From assembly GCA_013265495.1 (NCBI GenBank), contig MU058824.1:3127111-3191110 (forward strand): DNA of 64,000 nucleotides, given 5' to 3'. A program made the position numbers and the translations under genes. This document shows positions 60,261 through 64,000 of the stretch, in pieces. Source of the stretch: Vicugna vicugna. Its lineage: Eukaryota. Within the stretch, counting starts at the first letter, position 1. Each line of letters begins with the position of its first letter. The notes below the pieces were generated by a model. That model searched no databases, had not been told where the DNA came from, and saw only the letters and a program-made list of their open reading frames with translations.

Positions 60261-63149
60261 ATTGGATATATGCATATAGTAAAACACACAGAAAAATATA
60301 TAAGTAAAATCACCTGTAATCCTACCTGTCAGAGTTATCAATTGTTAATTTTCATTCTTTTTCTATATTATGCTATATATTTTTATTAAAATGAGATATT
60401 ATACATTTCCCACTTAATATTTCATGAACAATATTCCATATTAATATTTAAGCATTTATAGCATTTAAAATTGCTATGTAGTATCATTTTCTTTGGTCAT
60501 ATCATAATTTATTCAATAAATCTATCATTGGATATTTGTGCTGTTTCCAAGTTTTCACTATTATAAAAGCTTTACAATGAACATCCTTATTCATGGTATA
60601 TGGCTACTTCCCAGGTATTTTCTTGGGATAAATTCCTAGAAATAAAATTACTGGATTTAAGCATATGTTCATTTTTAAGAATTTGGATATGTATGATCAA
60701 ATTGCTTCCAAGGTACCAATTTGCACTCATGCCAGGACAGACCTTTGTAAATACTGAACATTATCACTTAAAAAATACTTGCTAACAGAATGGAAAATGG
60801 TGCCTAATTATGATTTAAATGTTTATATTTTGAAAAATACAGAAGACAAAAATAAGTAAAATGCACATTTGCATAAATACTGTATATTATTTAAAAATAT
60901 TTGCTAATGGGATGGAAAGTAGCATTATGAGGTTAAAATACATTTTTTGAAAAATACAGGAAATTAAGTAAATGTCATATATAATTCCATCACATTACAA
61001 TTATATAAATTGAATATCTTTCTTGAAACATCCATTCCAGTCCCTCAGAAGTTAACAATTTAATGGGTATTCACGCTAACTTTGCCCTAAATCTACAGAG
61101 ACCTATATTATTTATATTAAAATATATAGGGCAAAAAAATAGGCTTATGCTATACTCAATGGTCCGCACCTTGTATTTTCAACTGGTGAATATACCCTGG
61201 ACATCTTTACACATCAGAAATCATTACAGTTTTGATTTGAAGTTATTTGATTACTTGCACATCTGAATATTTTTCATGCACTATCGCCATTTATATTTCT
61301 TTTTTTGGTACTTTCCTATTTCTGTTTTTTCCTTATCTTTCCACTAGAATGTCTACCTTCTTGTTATTTTAAAAGCTTTTATAATAAGAATTATTTAATG
61401 TCCCCTTGCCAAGGACACAAAACCACATCATATTTCTGTGGGACTTACTATGGAGTGTTAAGAATGTGGGTTCTAGTGTCTTGACAACACAGAAACTAAT
61501 CACAAGGACAGGAGAATAAACATCCAGCAAAGCCCACAGGATATAGTTTCCAAATATCAATTGCCTCAGTCAGGCCCTTAACAGGAGTGAGTAGTTGCCA
61601 TTTCTAAGATATGGATATTAATTTGATTTGTCCTATGTCTGAGCATCACACTCTTAGCACCTTTCTATAGGGATCTAGGATGGTAAAGCGACTTAAAATC
61701 AGGCCATATGAAGAATCATTAAAAAATCAAAGCATGTTTATTCAACAAAGACTTGGATGTGGCGTATGTGATTATGGTTTACAAACGGTCAAAAGGCCAC
61801 CAGGTACAAGAGACATATGCCACATGATTTTGGGGCACAGAGCCAAGATTAATGGGGGAATGCTACAGAGAGCGAGACACCAGCTCAGGCTAAAGCTAGG
61901 CCTCCCTAGTGGTTCCTAGGGATCCAAGGATGGAATGAATTTTCTCAAGAATTAGCAAGATCCTGGTCACTGAAGGCAGTCAAGCAGAGGCTGAATGAAT
62001 AACTAACACTGCATGGACATGGAAGGGACATTACAATAGAACAGAGGGACTGGATGACTTCTGCAGTTCCTTCCTTCCATGCAACCTGAGGTCTCTACTA
62101 GATCTAAGAAGCAGGCAAGATGATATTTACTGTGCTCTGTCTCAAAATTCAAAGACCCACATCCCCTGGAATAGCTGGAAATCCTGAAGTCACCACAGGA
62201 CTGGAAGATACAAAATCTCTGACCACTATGTTGTTTCAGTCTCCAAATGACTGCAGAGTTGTCAGGGATCTCAAGCTCATCCATGATGACATTCCATTTC
62301 TTTCAAAGGTCATCAAACTGCTGTGGTTACTTGCGGGGAACTGTTACAAAACCTCTGCCAAATACAATTTAGCTAATTGATTTATATAAATATATATGGC
62401 TCTAATTAAAAGAATTAACTTGCATTATATATCTGGACTGTCAGTAGGCACATGTCTTCAGCCAGGGATTCCCCAAAGACCAAATAAATGACATCAACCA
62501 AGCCACTGAACCAAGCCAAGCCCTGACTCAGCAAAGCCTGAGCAGGAAAGTTTAAAGTCAAGAAAATGACCTGCTAATGTTTTTAATATTAGCCTCTGGA
62601 CTTCTGGGTCAATGGAAGAAAATAAGAGCCCAGGAAATTCCCAAACATTTGAATCTTCTCTACAGTCCCATTGCCAAGAAGTCATCTTGCCTCTAATTGT
62701 TCTGTCATTCACTGTTGGACCTATCTTATTGCTAGAAAATTTCTTTACATAAAGCTGAATTCTACCTCTCCAGAGCTTTGGTCCTCCACAGTAGTGCTGC
62801 CCTCAGAGCACCGTCCCCTGCCCCACACTATCACACCATTCAGAATAAATCAGCCCTCCTTCTATATATCAGCTTTTCTGGATCTGAATATAGCAATCTT
62901 ACCTCCTCTGCCCCAGACCAAACATCCTCATTTCCTTCAACAGCTCTTCATATGACAAGTTCACTTTAGATCACCCTCCTATGGGCACACACCAATTTAG
63001 CAAAATCCCTTAAAGGGCATGAATCTCGAAACAACACATTTCTGGTTGTCTGGAACAAGGTACCATGAAAGGACAAATTCTCTCAAAATATTTTGCAAGT
63101 GGAAAAGAAGACCTAAATATATCAGGGTGATAACTATCTTACAAAGTAA

Positions 63150-63640
63150 ATAGACAAGGATATAAACCCTTCAAAAGGAATACAAGAAGTGACAATAAAT
63201 TTCAGGAAACTATTAACTGCTAATGAGAAATGAAAAATATAGAAGGAGGCAGCAATGGATAGAAGAGGAACTGAAGAGCTAAAAATCACTTATACTAAAT
63301 TGAAATTTGAAAATAAAACTAGATAGAAATTCAAGTGAGACTGTCATACCAAGAATCAGATTGAGGAGATTCAACTTGCAGATAATAGGAGCTAGCGGAG
63401 AAAAGAGAAAAGGAGTGCACAAAATTGTAATCAAAGAAAGAGTTAATGGTACATTTCTTGAGCTGGAAAATATGTTTCAAATATATAGTGCACAAAAAGC
63501 AATTCTCAGATATATGCCTCAAGGAAGACTCCTTACACATCAGCTCAAGTTCTTAAATGTCAAATATTAAAAAATCATCCTTAAAATCTCTTTTAAAAGA
63601 GGAAAAGAATACGATCATTTGAAAAAGAAAAGATTAGGCT
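63150..63640 (+). mobile_element. L1/HAL1 ORF1 relic
   Basis: ORF 63307-63570 contains RLRRFNLQIIG...FLELENMFQI, resembling the L1 ORF1p motif RRxNIRIIG...NFPEL...QI. Confidence 0.55.
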
Positions 63641-64000
63641 CATACGTTTTGTAGCATATTATTTAGGTATAGACATAGACTCAGTTCATTATTTCTCTCT
63701 CTGAGGAAGGTAAAAGCTTTACAAGTGAAATTTTTTGGGACTCTGTTCTTGAAAGATATCACTGGGAGTCATTCTGTGATTTTTTTAAAACCTGCTAGTG
63801 AAGGTCTTCTGTTAGGTTTTGTGGGGTTTTTTCTTTCACTATTTCTTTTCTTATTATACTGTCAGCAACTTGAGCATAGAGAACCAGTCTTATCCCTTTT
63901 TATTCTCTTTCAGGACCTGTCACATAGGCTCAATAAATGTTTGTTGAATGACTGGATGAACAAAATTAAAATAAAAGTAGGAATAACATGGAAAATCAGA

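Noticed and set aside
63307..63570. 87-aa ORF as a gene
   Set aside because: Resembles a decayed L1/HAL1 ORF1p fragment.

Overview
Mammalian genomic DNA, most likely camelid: it carries five tRNA-Ala-derived Vic-1-like SINEs and I recognised no Alu, Bov, PRE-1 or CAN SINEs. The window covers the conserved EXOSC3 - TRMT10B - FRMPD1 cluster. It holds the last coding exon of EXOSC3 (+ strand), the complete TRMT10B gene (- strand; CpG-island promoter near 13.7 kb; 8 coding exons, 951 nt = 316 aa) and all 15 coding exons of FRMPD1 (- strand; 4719 nt = 1572 aa; its non-coding first exon(s) were not located and probably lie beyond the window). All internal coding-exon boundaries were read by hand, are GT-AG and join in frame. 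Introns contain typical mammalian repeats (L1, HAL1, L2, MIR, hAT MERs, solo LTRs, micro- and minisatellites). I found no convincing new multi-gene system. The best leads are small-scale and inferential: a FFAT-like motif and a bipartite NLS-like motif in FRMPD1, a recursive-splice-site-like junction at the FRMPD1 start-codon exon, alternately inverted SINEs around the PDZ exons, a CTCF motif between FRMPD1 and TRMT10B, and no canonical poly(A) signal for TRMT10B before the convergent EXOSC3 gene. Repeat family names and human protein comparisons come from memory and need database confirmation.
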